64,000 nt of DNA, taken from contig JAPOQA010000059.1 of the NCBI GenBank assembly GCA_026710945.1, positions 21,265 through 85,264 on the forward strand, read 5' to 3'. The notes below the pieces were generated by a model. The model saw only the letters and a program-made list of their open reading frames with translations, did not search any database and was not told the DNA's origin. The number at the start of each line of letters is the position of its first letter. Position 1 is the first letter of the stretch. The translations under genes and the position numbers were made by a program. Below are positions 11,062 to 21,157 of this stretch, in pieces. This DNA is from Chloroflexota bacterium (lineage in GTDB: Bacteria; Chloroflexota; UBA11872; VXOZ01).

Positions 11062-12339
11062 ATGGCCAATGGACTACAAGCCGGAGTCGGGCGCGCGACG
11101 ATTACGCCACCGCTAGGTACGTGGCTGTGTGGGTTCGGCAACCGCGAACACGGGTGCGATGCCATTCTCGACGATCTCTACGCTACGACGCTCGTGCTCG
11201 CGAATGACGAAATTACCATCGCTATTGTAAGCTGTGACGTCTGCGGGATACCGTCACAGCAAGTTGCCGCACTGCGCGCTTTGATTGCGGAGCGCACCGA
11301 CATCCCCGCTGCCCATGTGTTGGTCAACACCTCACATACGCACTCCGGCCCGTTCACGAGCATTCATGACGACATGTCGGACCACGAACGGGCGTATTCC
11401 ACGAATCTGGTCCACGCCATTGCCGGTTCGGTCGAAATGGCGCAAAGCAGTCTTGAGGCGTGCCGGATAACCCACAGCGCCGGCAGCGTGGCCGTGAACG
11501 TCAATCGCCGCCAAACGCACACTGGCGGTAGCATGGTACTCGGCGAAAACGCGCGCGGCGCGCTGGATACCACCGTGCAACTCTTGCGCATTGACACGGA
11601 TGACGGCGAGCCGCTGGCCGCGATGGTGCACTATGCGTGTCATCCCGTGGTGCTCTTTCCGCCCAGCCATGCCGTCTCCGCCGATTTCGTGGGCGTCGCC
11701 CGCGGCCTCTTCGAAGCGGCGAGTGGGGCGACCATGCTCTTCCTCCAGGGAGCGTGCGGTAACATCAACCCAATCGGCCAACGCAGTGAGATGGACATGC
11801 AAGAACGCCTCTGGGGCGTGGGCAGCGCTCTGGGCGCGGAAGCCCTGAAGGTCTATTCGCTCAGTGGCCTGCGCTCAGCCTTTGGGGAAGCCACGCCGCT
11901 TGAACCCGAGCTTGGGGCCGCGCACGAAACGCTAGCGCTCGAATTGCTGCCGCCGGGTGAACCACCACCCACGTTTCGGACGCGCACACCCGCGCTCCGC
12001 TACTGGACGCCGCCGCTGGTTGGCGAGAACCAGGTGGCGTTTGAAGTGCAGGCGCTCCGCATCGGCGACGTGGCCTTGGTTGGCGGCGCCGGTGAGGTCT
12101 TCATCGAGCTTGCGCACGCCGTGCAGGAACGCTCTCCCTTTGCGCATACCATGTACCTTGGCTATGCCAACGGCGATATCGGCTATATTCCCACTGCCAC
12201 CGCCTACGCCGAGGGCGGCTACGAGGTCGATATCGCCCACTTCCACTACAGTCTCCCCGCCGCGGTCGCGCCAAATAGCGCCGGCAGGGTCGTGGACGCC
12301 AGTGTGGCACTCTTGGAAACTCTGATGAAGTCCAGATAA
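11062..12339 (+). CDS. neutral/alkaline ceramidase-family N-terminal domain protein
   Basis: ATG at 11062 follows an AAAGGGG ribosome-binding site. N-terminus (GVGRATITPPLGTWLCGFGNREHGC...HDDLYATTLVLAN) resembles the neutral ceramidase N-terminal domain. Confidence 0.5.
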   Translation: MANGLQAGVGRATITPPLGTWLCGFGNREHGCDAILDDLYATTLVLANDEITIAIVSCDVCGIPSQQVAALRALIAERTDIPAAHVLVNTSHTHSGPFTSIHDDMSDHERAYSTNLVHAIAGSVEMAQSSLEACRITHSAGSVAVNVNRRQTHTGGSMVLGENARGALDTTVQLLRIDTDDGEPLAAMVHYACHPVVLFPPSHAVSADFVGVARGLFEAASGATMLFLQGACGNINPIGQRSEMDMQERLWGVGSALGAEALKVYSLSGLRSAFGEATPLEPELGAAHETLALELLPPGEPPPTFRTRTPALRYWTPPLVGENQVAFEVQALRIGDVALVGGAGEVFIELAHAVQERSPFAHTMYLGYANGDIGYIPTATAYAEGGYEVDIAHFHYSLPAAVAPNSAGRVVDASVALLETLMKSR

Positions 12340-12449
12340 CGCAAAAAATGCGGTCAAGTCTCAGCCCAAAATCGAAGTGGCAGGACGCTAGCTCAGAAGC
12401 AGATTCTGCCATAATTGAGAGACAAGGCTACGCTGCGAGGAGTCCAGAC

Positions 12450-13559
12450 ATGTTCACATCGCTTTCCATCCGCAATTTCCGTTGTTTCGATACGCTCTCA
12501 ATCGACAACTCCCTAGATCGGGTCAATTTGATAGCGGGATTGAATAGCGCCGGCAAGACTGCGCTTCTTGAGGCAATCTACTTGCTAATTGGTATGGGAA
12601 ATGCCGCATTGATTCAGCGTTTGAGTGTTTTTCGCAATGTAACTGATAGCTTCTCGGGAGGCCCCCAGCAGTTTAGCGAAATCTTTTGGGACCCGCTCTT
12701 CTACAATCTCGACTCTTCGAAGGACATCGAAATCAAAGGACTACATTCTGAAGGCCAGCATGTTGTGCGGCTTTCCATTGACCGTTCGCGCACGAAGCAG
12801 GTATCAGTTCTCTTAGGGGGAGGGAAGGGAGATAGTGATGGACTGGACCCGGTACCAATAGAGGGCGACGTCCTCAATAGCGATGCTCTCATTTATGAGC
12901 ACACCAAACCAGATCAATTGACCATAAAGACTCAGTCAATGCTTGCGGAAAGAGACGGTTCGGTGACTAGTATCCATGTTTCACCAACTTCACCGGAACC
13001 CATTGGAGGCTCCTTTTACGCTGCGAACCAATCAGGAGGACCGCAAGAAGATGCTGCACGATACACAAGGCTTGAAAGTGGAAGAGAGCCAATTGACTTG
13101 CTTGATAGTCTGAGAATAATGGAGCCTCGTCTTGAGCGATTGCGGGTTGGTGTAGTGGCCGGCACGCCGATGCTGCGTGGTGACATAGGCATTGGTCGTA
13201 TGGCCCCGCTCTCACTTCTCGGTGAAGGTTTGGTTAGGCTTACAGGCATTCTTCTTTCTGTAGCCGACGCACCAGGGGGCGTGGTCTTGATCGATGAGAT
13301 CGAGAACGGATTCCATCACTCCGTGCTTAGCCGAGTATGGGCGGCGATTGGCGAGGCGGCGCGCCGCTATGATACGCAAGTATTCGCTACGACTCACAGT
13401 TTCGAATGTATAGAAGCCGCGCACGAGGCGTTTCGCGAGGACCGGCAGTATGCCTTCCGGCTGCATCGCTTGGAACGCATCGCAGGCGAGTCCCACGTGA
13501 TTACATACGACCAAGAGACGCTTGCGGCCGCCGTTCGCTCTAACTTGGAGGTACGCTAG
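12450..13559 (+). CDS. AAA_21/ABC-type ATPase (OLD/AbiL/PARIS-AriA-like ATPase component)
   Basis: ATG at 12450 follows a GAGGAG ribosome-binding site. Walker A GLNSAGKT near the N-terminus; VVLIDEIENGFH (Walker B/D-loop) and ATTHS (H-loop) near the C-terminus. Lower-GC islet. Stop overlaps the next gene start (TAGTG). Confidence 0.7.
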   Translation: MFTSLSIRNFRCFDTLSIDNSLDRVNLIAGLNSAGKTALLEAIYLLIGMGNAALIQRLSVFRNVTDSFSGGPQQFSEIFWDPLFYNLDSSKDIEIKGLHSEGQHVVRLSIDRSRTKQVSVLLGGGKGDSDGLDPVPIEGDVLNSDALIYEHTKPDQLTIKTQSMLAERDGSVTSIHVSPTSPEPIGGSFYAANQSGGPQEDAARYTRLESGREPIDLLDSLRIMEPRLERLRVGVVAGTPMLRGDIGIGRMAPLSLLGEGLVRLTGILLSVADAPGGVVLIDEIENGFHHSVLSRVWAAIGEAARRYDTQVFATTHSFECIEAAHEAFREDRQYAFRLHRLERIAGESHVITYDQETLAAAVRSNLEVR

Positions 13560-14368
13560 TGCCGCCGAGAAGCGGGGTACGAGCGTCAATCCAACTCCTC
13601 GTCGAGGGTGCAGACGCGCAATACTTCTTCATGCATTTCCTCAATCACATGGGCTTCAACAACGTAGAGGTGCAAGGAGAAGTGGAGTGGCGCGGTCACT
13701 CCAGAGTCTACAAAGATGCGCCTGACTTGATTAAGGGTTTGGGCCTGAGAAGCAAATTCGATGAGGATGATCTCGCAGCCTTTGACCGTATTCGGAACGA
13801 AATATTGGAACGGCTTGACCCTAGCGACGCAGAAATTAGCAACTTCGGCGGCGTCACTGAGTTGCACAGCTTTCTTGGGGCCGTTTGGAACTCGCCTCGT
13901 GCGCGAACCACAATAGAGGCCATCGGCATCGTCCGTGACGCTGAGTCAAATGCGCGCGGCACTGAATCCGCTGCGGAGGCAGCCTTCAAGAGTGCACACG
14001 CTGCTATCAGTGCATCAGGGTTGACTCCTCCTGATCGTCCGCTGCAGGTTATTGGCAAGAAACCCAGGATTGGTGTCCTCATTCTGCCGCCAGGAGAATC
14101 TGAAGGCATGCTCGAAGACGTATGTCTTGACGCCGTGCAGGCTGATCCGGCTATGTCATGTGTTGATGAATACATCGAGTGTGTCAAGAGAAGTGTGCGG
14201 AACTGGCGGGGCCAAAACCGAAAGAAAGCCAGCGTCCAAGCCTTTCTCGCCTCAAGGCCCGAACCCGGCTTGAAGCTCGGTGAAGGGGCGAAACTTGGCT
14301 ACTGGAATTGGAGCCACGAGGTGTACAGCCCAATCAAGCAATTCATAGAGAACCTGATCGGCCAATAG
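13559..14368 (+). CDS. DUF4276-like protein (predicted TOPRIM-like/OLD-like nuclease partner of the ATPase)
   Basis: GTG start overlaps the ATPase stop by 1 nt (translational coupling). N-terminal LLVEGADAQYFFMHFLNHMG fits the remembered LVEGxTE...F...L..HL signature of DUF4276 proteins that accompany AAA_15/21 ATPases. Same lower-GC islet. Confidence 0.5.
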   Translation: MPPRSGVRASIQLLVEGADAQYFFMHFLNHMGFNNVEVQGEVEWRGHSRVYKDAPDLIKGLGLRSKFDEDDLAAFDRIRNEILERLDPSDAEISNFGGVTELHSFLGAVWNSPRARTTIEAIGIVRDAESNARGTESAAEAAFKSAHAAISASGLTPPDRPLQVIGKKPRIGVLILPPGESEGMLEDVCLDAVQADPAMSCVDEYIECVKRSVRNWRGQNRKKASVQAFLASRPEPGLKLGEGAKLGYWNWSHEVYSPIKQFIENLIGQ

Positions 14369-14420
14369 CGTAAAGCAATCTTGTTGATTCTCACTGCATC
14401 CCCGACTTGGGAGTGTTTCT

Positions 14421-15248
14421 ATGTTCACTCTTGGAGTAATGACCGATGAAGTCTCGCAGGACCTGGCGCATGCCCTCGACGTGATCGAGGAGTTTGGCGT
14501 GCGCTCGGTCGAACTGCACAGCATTTGGGACAAGAACATCTGCGATCTGGACAGCCATGAGCTGACGCAAGTGCTGCGCATGGTGCGCCAGCGAGGTTTT
14601 GCCGTGTGCGATATCGCCTCGCTCTTCCTGCGGTGTCCCATCGACGACCTGGACGCCTACAACGAGCACATCAAGATACTGGAACGGTCGATTCAGATCG
14701 CGCCGCTCTTCGACTGTCAACTCGTGCGCTGCTTCTCGTTCTGGCGTGAAGATGATCTCGATGCGCACTGGGACACAATTCTCGAACGGTTGGAACTGCC
14801 GGTGCGCATGGCGGAGACGGCTGGCGTGACGCTGGCGTTCGAGAACGTGCGCTCGTGCAATATCGGCACCGGCGCGGAGACGACGCGCTTGATGGAAGAG
14901 ATAAACTCGCCGAACCTGCGCGTGATCTGGGACCCGGGCAATGCGTACGTGTCCGGCGAGGCGCGGCCCTACCCCGACGGCTACGAAGCGGTGAAGCCCT
15001 GGATCATCCACGTGCACGTGAAGGATGCGGTGCTCAGCCCCGCGGGCGAATCGGTGTGGAAGCCCATTGGTGCGGGCAAGGTAGACTACGCCGGTCAAAT
15101 GAAGGCGCTGGCGGACGACGGCTACGAGGGTGTGGTGTCCTTAGAGACCCACTACAAACCGGAAAACGGTACTGCCGAGCAGGGCAGCCGGGAGTCTTTT
15201 GCGGGACTGCAGGCAATCTTGGCGGCACAGGGGATCGTTCCTGACTAG
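14421..15248 (+). CDS. sugar phosphate isomerase/epimerase (xylose-isomerase-like TIM barrel) family protein
   Basis: 275 aa with the TIM-barrel AP-endonuclease-2/xylose-isomerase-like pattern (conserved E/H/D metal ligands spread across the length). Confidence 0.65.
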   Translation: MFTLGVMTDEVSQDLAHALDVIEEFGVRSVELHSIWDKNICDLDSHELTQVLRMVRQRGFAVCDIASLFLRCPIDDLDAYNEHIKILERSIQIAPLFDCQLVRCFSFWREDDLDAHWDTILERLELPVRMAETAGVTLAFENVRSCNIGTGAETTRLMEEINSPNLRVIWDPGNAYVSGEARPYPDGYEAVKPWIIHVHVKDAVLSPAGESVWKPIGAGKVDYAGQMKALADDGYEGVVSLETHYKPENGTAEQGSRESFAGLQAILAAQGIVPD

Positions 15249-15384
15249 AACTCGTGCCCCAACTGCATCTCTTTGGGTGGGACATACCCTTCGGCAAGCT
15301 CAGGGCGAGCGGTAACTGCCTGATTAGAGGGTAAGCAGCGAAGCGAGCACGCACGATCACGGCAGAATTTCGTTACGGCAAGAG

Positions 15385-15500
15385 GATTCCCCTCACCCTA
15401 ACCCTCTCCCCGAGGAGAGGGGACCGGAAGGGATGTCCTTTCGCGAATTGCGCCCTCGCTTTTTGCCGATAGGTCGTAGCGCGGGGGCTTGTCCCCCGCC
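15385..15500. repeat. dispersed palindromic repeats (CCCTCACCCTAACCCTCTCCCCGAGGAGAGGGG; GCGGGGGCTTGTCCCCCGC)
   Basis: Both hairpin motifs recur elsewhere (24850..24890, 40398..40423, 59482..59520, 59778..59795). Confidence 0.75.
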
Positions 15501-15631
15501 TCTTGGCGAGAAGAGAAGTTACCCAGAGAGGCAATTTGCTAAAGCAAGACGTCGCAGACGGTCGCACGATGACCGCACATTTTCGTTACAATAAAGGCGT
15601 GTAGCATCTAAATTCCAGGGGAGAGCGCGGC

Positions 15632-17023
15632 ATGAGCACGACAATCGGGACTTCCAAACGTACGCTTGACGAGCTCTTTGTAGAGCAATTCGCCGGTTCA
15701 GCCGCGCGCTTCCGAGAAGCAGTAGAGATCTTTCCCAACGGCGCGACCCACGACGGCCGTGCCCAGAAGCCCTTTCCGCTTTACATCGAACGCGCGCAGG
15801 GCGCGCACAAGTGGGACGTGGACGGCAACCAGATCATCGACTTTCTGGTCGGCCATGGCGCCTTGCTCTTGGGGCACGGGCATCCCGCTGTTGTCGCGGC
15901 CGTAACTGCACAAATGCAGCACAGTACGCACTACGGCGCAGCCCACGAACGTGAGATTGAGTGGGGCCGCTTGGTGCAGCACCTGATCCCTTCCGCCGAG
16001 CGCGTGCGCTTTACAGGCTCCGGCACCGAAGCCACCTTGATGTGCCTGCGGTTGGCGCGTGCCTATACCGGCAAGAACAAAGTCATTAAGTTCGAACACC
16101 ATTTCCACGGTTGGCACGATTATGTCGTCGTGGAAGAACCGCCCGCGCCGCCGCCCGCCGGCGTTCCGGCCGGCACCGCAGATTCGATGCTCGTGCTGCC
16201 GGTGCATGATCTCGATCGGCTCGAATCCGTCCTGCGGGACGACCCCGACATTGCCGCCGTCATCATGGAACCCACCGGCGCCGGCTACTCCTCCTATCCG
16301 CTTGATCCCGACTTCCTGGCGGCTGTGCGCAAGCTCACGCTCGATCACGGTGTGCTCATGATCATGGACGAAGTCATCACCGGCTTCCGCTGTTCACCGG
16401 GCGGCGCGCAGGCCGCTACCGGCGTGATCCCCGACCTGACAAGTTTGGCAAAAATCCTCGCCGGCGGCCTGCCGGGAGGCGCGGTGGCGGGGCGTGCCGA
16501 CATCCTCGCCCACCTGGAATACCGTGATGAACCGGAGTGGAACTCGCGTAAGAAGGTCCGCCACCAGGGGACGTTTAACGCTAACCCACTCTCGGCGTCG
16601 GCCGGCGCCACCGCGTTGGCGATCGTAGCCGAAGGTTGGCCTGCGCGCCACGTGAACGATCTGGCGGCGCTGCTGCGGGATGAATTCAACCAGGTCATGG
16701 ACGCCCACGGGCTCTCCGGTTGCGTCTACGGCACGTACTCCATGTTCCATATCGCGCTTTACAATCCCAGCAATACCCAGGAGAAACTGAATCCGGACGA
16801 CCGCTCGCAGCCGTTCATTAACATGCGAGACGTCAATCCCGCGCTCTACGGCAAGATGAAGCGCGGCTTGCAGGTGAACGGCGTCGATCTCATGGGCGAC
16901 GGCGGCATGCTCTCCACTGCCCATACTGAGGATGACGTGCGCGAGGCTGCCGCGGCTTTCGACCGCACGATGGACCTTCTGAAGCAAGAGGGCGCGATCC
17001 CCGGCGTACGACAGAGCGAGTAG
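15632..17023 (+). CDS. class-III PLP-dependent aminotransferase, glutamate-1-semialdehyde aminomutase-like (second copy)
   Basis: 463 aa. Class-III aminotransferase motifs (GHGHPAV, IMDEVITGFR, SLAKILAGGLPGGA lysine region). Paralog of 1079..2446. Confidence 0.8.
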   Translation: MSTTIGTSKRTLDELFVEQFAGSAARFREAVEIFPNGATHDGRAQKPFPLYIERAQGAHKWDVDGNQIIDFLVGHGALLLGHGHPAVVAAVTAQMQHSTHYGAAHEREIEWGRLVQHLIPSAERVRFTGSGTEATLMCLRLARAYTGKNKVIKFEHHFHGWHDYVVVEEPPAPPPAGVPAGTADSMLVLPVHDLDRLESVLRDDPDIAAVIMEPTGAGYSSYPLDPDFLAAVRKLTLDHGVLMIMDEVITGFRCSPGGAQAATGVIPDLTSLAKILAGGLPGGAVAGRADILAHLEYRDEPEWNSRKKVRHQGTFNANPLSASAGATALAIVAEGWPARHVNDLAALLRDEFNQVMDAHGLSGCVYGTYSMFHIALYNPSNTQEKLNPDDRSQPFINMRDVNPALYGKMKRGLQVNGVDLMGDGGMLSTAHTEDDVREAAAAFDRTMDLLKQEGAIPGVRQSE

Positions 17024-17166
17024 CTGCGCGGGGACCTGCAACCTGGTTTGGGCTCTGGGAGCAAGGATTATCCCTTCTATGAGGGCAATTGCAGTTTACT
17101 TTCTTTCAGGGGATCAATCCCGCAAGTACACACGGGCACAATAGGAAAGGGTAAGAGCGCGCAAAG

Positions 17167-18153
17167 ATGAATGCTGCCAACGGATCGTCCTATGGAGGAC
17201 CGGAACAAGAAGTATTCAAGCACGCGTTCTCCGATCCGATCATCGAGAACGAAATGCTCTATCCGGCGCTCACGACGCTGGACTGCATCTATGAGGCGAA
17301 CTCCACGCTGCTCATGCCGGTCGAGCACTTCTTTACGGCGTATGAGAATCTGCAGATCGAAGCGGCGGAGACGTTGACACTCGACGGCGGCGCTACCCAC
17401 CTCTTACAGGTCACCTATACGCTGGGCGGCGCCACGTATCACGGCCACGCCTATGCGCCCGCCGCGCCTGACACCGGCAAACCCGCCTCGCTCATTATTC
17501 CGGGGAGCGGTCTCAACTGCTCCGAGCCGATCTACCGCCAGGACCCGGCCAGCTATCACGACGGCATCCTTCAAGCGCTGGGCGAGGGCATCACGAATTA
17601 CGTGTTCATCAAGCCCAACGAGGACTGCCTGGCCTTTCACAACGGCCAGGGCAAGGTGGACGTCAACTTCTTCGTGAACTGGCTGCTCAACAATGCCACG
17701 TCCTATTCCGCCGCCTACATCGTGAGCGCTATGGCCATCACCAAGTACCTTCAGGGGCGGCATGACAGCGTGGTGGTCGCTGGGCTTTCCCAGGGCGGCG
17801 GCGCGGCGCTGCTCACGTCATTGCAGTCGCAACCCACGGCCGCCGTAATCGCCTCCGGCTTTTCGGTCATCATGGAGCGCATTCACTGGTCGGGGCACAA
17901 CCAAATCATCATCCCCGGCATCGGGCAGGCGTACAGCAACGAAAACGTGCGCGAGAAGATCAAGGCGTCACCCACGCAATTCCTCTTCACGTACGGCAAA
18001 CAGGAAAGCGTCATCTACCGCCTTGAGGCGGAAGAGCACTATAGCTGCGACTTCCTCGCCGAATGCCCCAACGTGCGCTGCGAATCCCACGATGAGGGCC
18101 ACATCTTCCACGTCGCGATCACCAGCGATTTCCTCCGCAGCTTCGGCTTGTAA
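17167..18153 (+). CDS. putative alpha/beta-fold serine hydrolase (esterase-like)
   Basis: GLSQGG nucleophile-elbow motif (GxSxG) in a 328-aa protein with an alpha/beta-like hydrophobic pattern. Otherwise unrecognised. Confidence 0.4.
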   Translation: MNAANGSSYGGPEQEVFKHAFSDPIIENEMLYPALTTLDCIYEANSTLLMPVEHFFTAYENLQIEAAETLTLDGGATHLLQVTYTLGGATYHGHAYAPAAPDTGKPASLIIPGSGLNCSEPIYRQDPASYHDGILQALGEGITNYVFIKPNEDCLAFHNGQGKVDVNFFVNWLLNNATSYSAAYIVSAMAITKYLQGRHDSVVVAGLSQGGGAALLTSLQSQPTAAVIASGFSVIMERIHWSGHNQIIIPGIGQAYSNENVREKIKASPTQFLFTYGKQESVIYRLEAEEHYSCDFLAECPNVRCESHDEGHIFHVAITSDFLRSFGL

Positions 18154-18261
18154 TTGGTAGATGCAATCTGGGCGACTTTACCGCCGCAGTCGTGGCGGCA
18201 GATTGTGCAGTACTTGTACAGGCCATTCTAAATTGGCGCGACTCATCTGGACTAAACATCT

Positions 18262-20214
18262 ATGGATGCAAGTGAGCACTACACTGATGAGTGGACGCCC
18301 CTCAATCCCGTCATCCTGGAAGCCCATTGCCCGCAGTCCGACGCGGTTGTAGCAGCGATTTGCACGCCGCAGCAAGCCATCGTTGGTTCGTGGCAAAGTG
18401 TCTCGCTGCAGCTCACACTCGGCGCGGACGGCCTACGTCAAGGCGATGCGATTGTTGTGCAGTCCGCCACGCGAGGCTTGCAATCCTGGCCGGCCCTGCA
18501 ACACCTCATGCCCGCTGAAGCGGGCTATTCAAGCGCTGCATCGGATTCCGGCAGCCGGGTAACGTGCCTTGTGGTCGGCCCGCATGTGCGCGTGATCGCA
18601 GCAGAGCCGCTGCCGGCGGGAGATATCCTCCGTATCTCTTACGGCGATCAGAGCGCCGGGGGTCCGGGCGTACGCATGACCCTAGCGGCGCTACGCCACT
18701 GGTTCCGCATTCTCTTAACTCCCCAGGACGGATCAGCCACGCGCGAGGTGGTCGCGGAGCCGCCCTACCTCGATCTGCTGCCAGACGCACCGGAGAGTCT
18801 GGACGTTCTGGCGCCGAGCCACATGCGCCGCGGGGAGAAGTCCACATTTGTCATCAAGGCAGTAGACGCCCACGGCAACACCGCAAGACCGCCTGCCGAA
18901 CCCTCGATTGTTTCGCCAATAATCGGGGTGGAGTGTCCCGGAGACGTCCAACTAAACGAGCGGGATCGGGCAGCACGTCATATAGACCTAGTTCTCACGG
19001 AGGAGATGCCGCCCGCGGCGCGGCTGCGCCTTCGCGTGCGCCATTCGGCGACCAAAGGCATAGGTATCAGCAACGCGGTGGAAGTCCTGCCTTCAGGTGA
19101 TGATAGCGATCGTGTCTATTGGGGCGACCTGCACGCGCACACGTCCCACGGCCACGCGTACGGGGAAATCGAAGACCTCTACCACTACGCCCGCGACGAA
19201 GCGCGGCTCGACTTTGTGGCGCACGTGGAGCACTACACCCGTGCCGGTGAGTGGCTGCACCCGTGGTGGCGGCGGCGCTATCCGGATTGTCACACCGTCG
19301 CGGAATTCGTCGAGCGTTCGTGGCAAGAACGGCTAGAGCAGGCGCGGCGGTTTGACGACCCGGGCAAGTTCGTGCCGCTGCTGGGACTCGAATGGGCGCA
19401 CACAACAGGACACCTCAACGGCTTCTTCCCCAGCTTGGAGGCGCCGCTGGTCTATCCCACGAGCTTTCGCGACCCGGCCATGACGCCTGCCCACCTCAAG
19501 GGGTTGCTCAAAGACCAAAACTGGTTCGGCGTGCCCCACCACACCGCGTTCCCGCTGGGACGCGGCACCCTGGGCGGCTTCCGCTGGGAGCACTTCGATC
19601 CGGAAACCATGCCATGCGTGGAGATCGCGTCCAAACAGGGAAACGGAGAATACTTCGGCGCGCCGCACGCCGCATTGCCTATGGGAGTGGGCGGCACGGT
19701 GCGCGAAGGACTCGCCCGCGGTCTGCGCTTTGGTTTCGTGGGCGCGACCGATACGAACATCGCGCGTCCGGGCTCTTTCACGGCCCAGGAGAAGCGCCAG
19801 CGCCTGCCGGGTCTGACGGCGGTGTTTGCGCCCGCCTTGGAGCGTGAGGCGATCTACAACGCCATCCGCAAGCGGCGCTGTTACGCGACGTTTGGTGGCA
19901 GACCCATACTGCGCTTCACAATCAACGGCGCGTTCATGGGCGAGTCGTTGCACCTACCCCGCGCCGACGCTGTGAAGCATATCGTATGCGATGTTGCCGG
20001 TTCGGCGGAACTCGCCCGGGTGGAGGTCATTAAGAACGGCGAGACGTTCTTCCAATTCGTCACGACTGACATGGGGAGCCATAACCGCACCTACGACTTC
20101 CGCGAGGAGTTTCCCGACACCGCCCCCAGCCAAGCGGGCGACTATTACTACCTGCGCATCCAGCAATGCGACGGCGCGCTTGCCTGGTCCAGCCCAATCT
20201 GGATCGACCTATAG
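18262..20214 (+). CDS. DUF3604 family protein (PHP-like metal-dependent phosphoesterase fold)
   Basis: 650 aa. GDLHAHTSHGHAYGE motif typical of DUF3604 proteins. Nested ORFs on both strands discarded. Confidence 0.55.
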   Translation: MDASEHYTDEWTPLNPVILEAHCPQSDAVVAAICTPQQAIVGSWQSVSLQLTLGADGLRQGDAIVVQSATRGLQSWPALQHLMPAEAGYSSAASDSGSRVTCLVVGPHVRVIAAEPLPAGDILRISYGDQSAGGPGVRMTLAALRHWFRILLTPQDGSATREVVAEPPYLDLLPDAPESLDVLAPSHMRRGEKSTFVIKAVDAHGNTARPPAEPSIVSPIIGVECPGDVQLNERDRAARHIDLVLTEEMPPAARLRLRVRHSATKGIGISNAVEVLPSGDDSDRVYWGDLHAHTSHGHAYGEIEDLYHYARDEARLDFVAHVEHYTRAGEWLHPWWRRRYPDCHTVAEFVERSWQERLEQARRFDDPGKFVPLLGLEWAHTTGHLNGFFPSLEAPLVYPTSFRDPAMTPAHLKGLLKDQNWFGVPHHTAFPLGRGTLGGFRWEHFDPETMPCVEIASKQGNGEYFGAPHAALPMGVGGTVREGLARGLRFGFVGATDTNIARPGSFTAQEKRQRLPGLTAVFAPALEREAIYNAIRKRRCYATFGGRPILRFTINGAFMGESLHLPRADAVKHIVCDVAGSAELARVEVIKNGETFFQFVTTDMGSHNRTYDFREEFPDTAPSQAGDYYYLRIQQCDGALAWSSPIWIDL

Positions 20215-20243
20215 GGCTGAGGCGACCACCGAAATGGCGGAAG

Positions 20244-21125
20244 CTAAACGAATGTCTCCAATGCCACGAAGACGAAGAACACCGCCGACAGGGAGCTATT
20301 CACGTGGAAGAAGGCGGTGTTGACTCGGGAGAGATTGCCTGGGCTGACGAGCAAGTGTTCCCAGATGAGCAGGGCTGCCACGGCGGCGATGCCGAGCCAG
20401 TAGAAAAGCCCGAGGCCAAGCAGCATGCCAACTGCCACGAGGCAGAGTGCGGTGGCTGTGTGGGAAAGGGCGGAGAAGATTAGCGCTCCCGGTATGCCGA
20501 ACCTCACGGGGACAGAGAAGAGCCCCTCTTTCAGGTCGATCTCGTAGTCCTGGCAGGCGTAGATCATGTCGAAACCCGCCATCCAGGTCACTACCGCCGC
20601 GCCCAGCAGCACCGTGCTCCACGCGAATTCGCCCGTAACCGCAATCCAGCCGCCCATGGGCGCCATGGAACCGGAGACTCCCAGCGCAAAGTGGCTGAGC
20701 CACGTGAAGCGCTTCGTGTAGGAATAAAACACCAGCCAGAATATCGCAATCGGCGAGAGCAGCACGCAGAGCCAGTTGAGCATGGCCGCAGCCAGCACCA
20801 TCAGGGCGAGGTTGAAAATACTCGCGCCCCACATGAACTGCGGCGTGAGTATGCCTTGCGGCAGGGCGCGAATTGCCGTGCGCGGATTGCGGCTGTCGAG
20901 GTGGCGGTCGATAATGCGGTTGAGCGACATGGCCGCGGTGCGCCCCGTAGTCATCGCTACCGTGACCCAGATGAACTGCCACCACGTGGGCAGGCCCTCC
21001 GCCGCCAGCAGCATGGCGAGATAGGCAAACGGCAACGTAAATGCCGCGTGTTCGATTTTGATCGCTTCCAGGAACACGGGCACTTTGCGTATGACTGACC
21101 CCACGGAGGTTGAAGTCGCGCTCAT
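20244..21125 (-). CDS. UbiA-family aromatic prenyltransferase (membrane)
   Basis: NRIIDRHLDSRNPRTAIRALPQG corresponds to the NxxxDxxxD...RTxxRPLxxG Asp-rich motif. About 8 predicted transmembrane segments. Cannot distinguish UbiA, MenA or CtaB-like subtypes. Confidence 0.7.
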   Translation of the reverse strand: MSATSTSVGSVIRKVPVFLEAIKIEHAAFTLPFAYLAMLLAAEGLPTWWQFIWVTVAMTTGRTAAMSLNRIIDRHLDSRNPRTAIRALPQGILTPQFMWGASIFNLALMVLAAAMLNWLCVLLSPIAIFWLVFYSYTKRFTWLSHFALGVSGSMAPMGGWIAVTGEFAWSTVLLGAAVVTWMAGFDMIYACQDYEIDLKEGLFSVPVRFGIPGALIFSALSHTATALCLVAVGMLLGLGLFYWLGIAAVAALLIWEHLLVSPGNLSRVNTAFFHVNSSLSAVFFVFVALETFV

Positions 21126-21157
21126 GCTATCCCTCTCCCAATTCCACTTCCGTGTAG

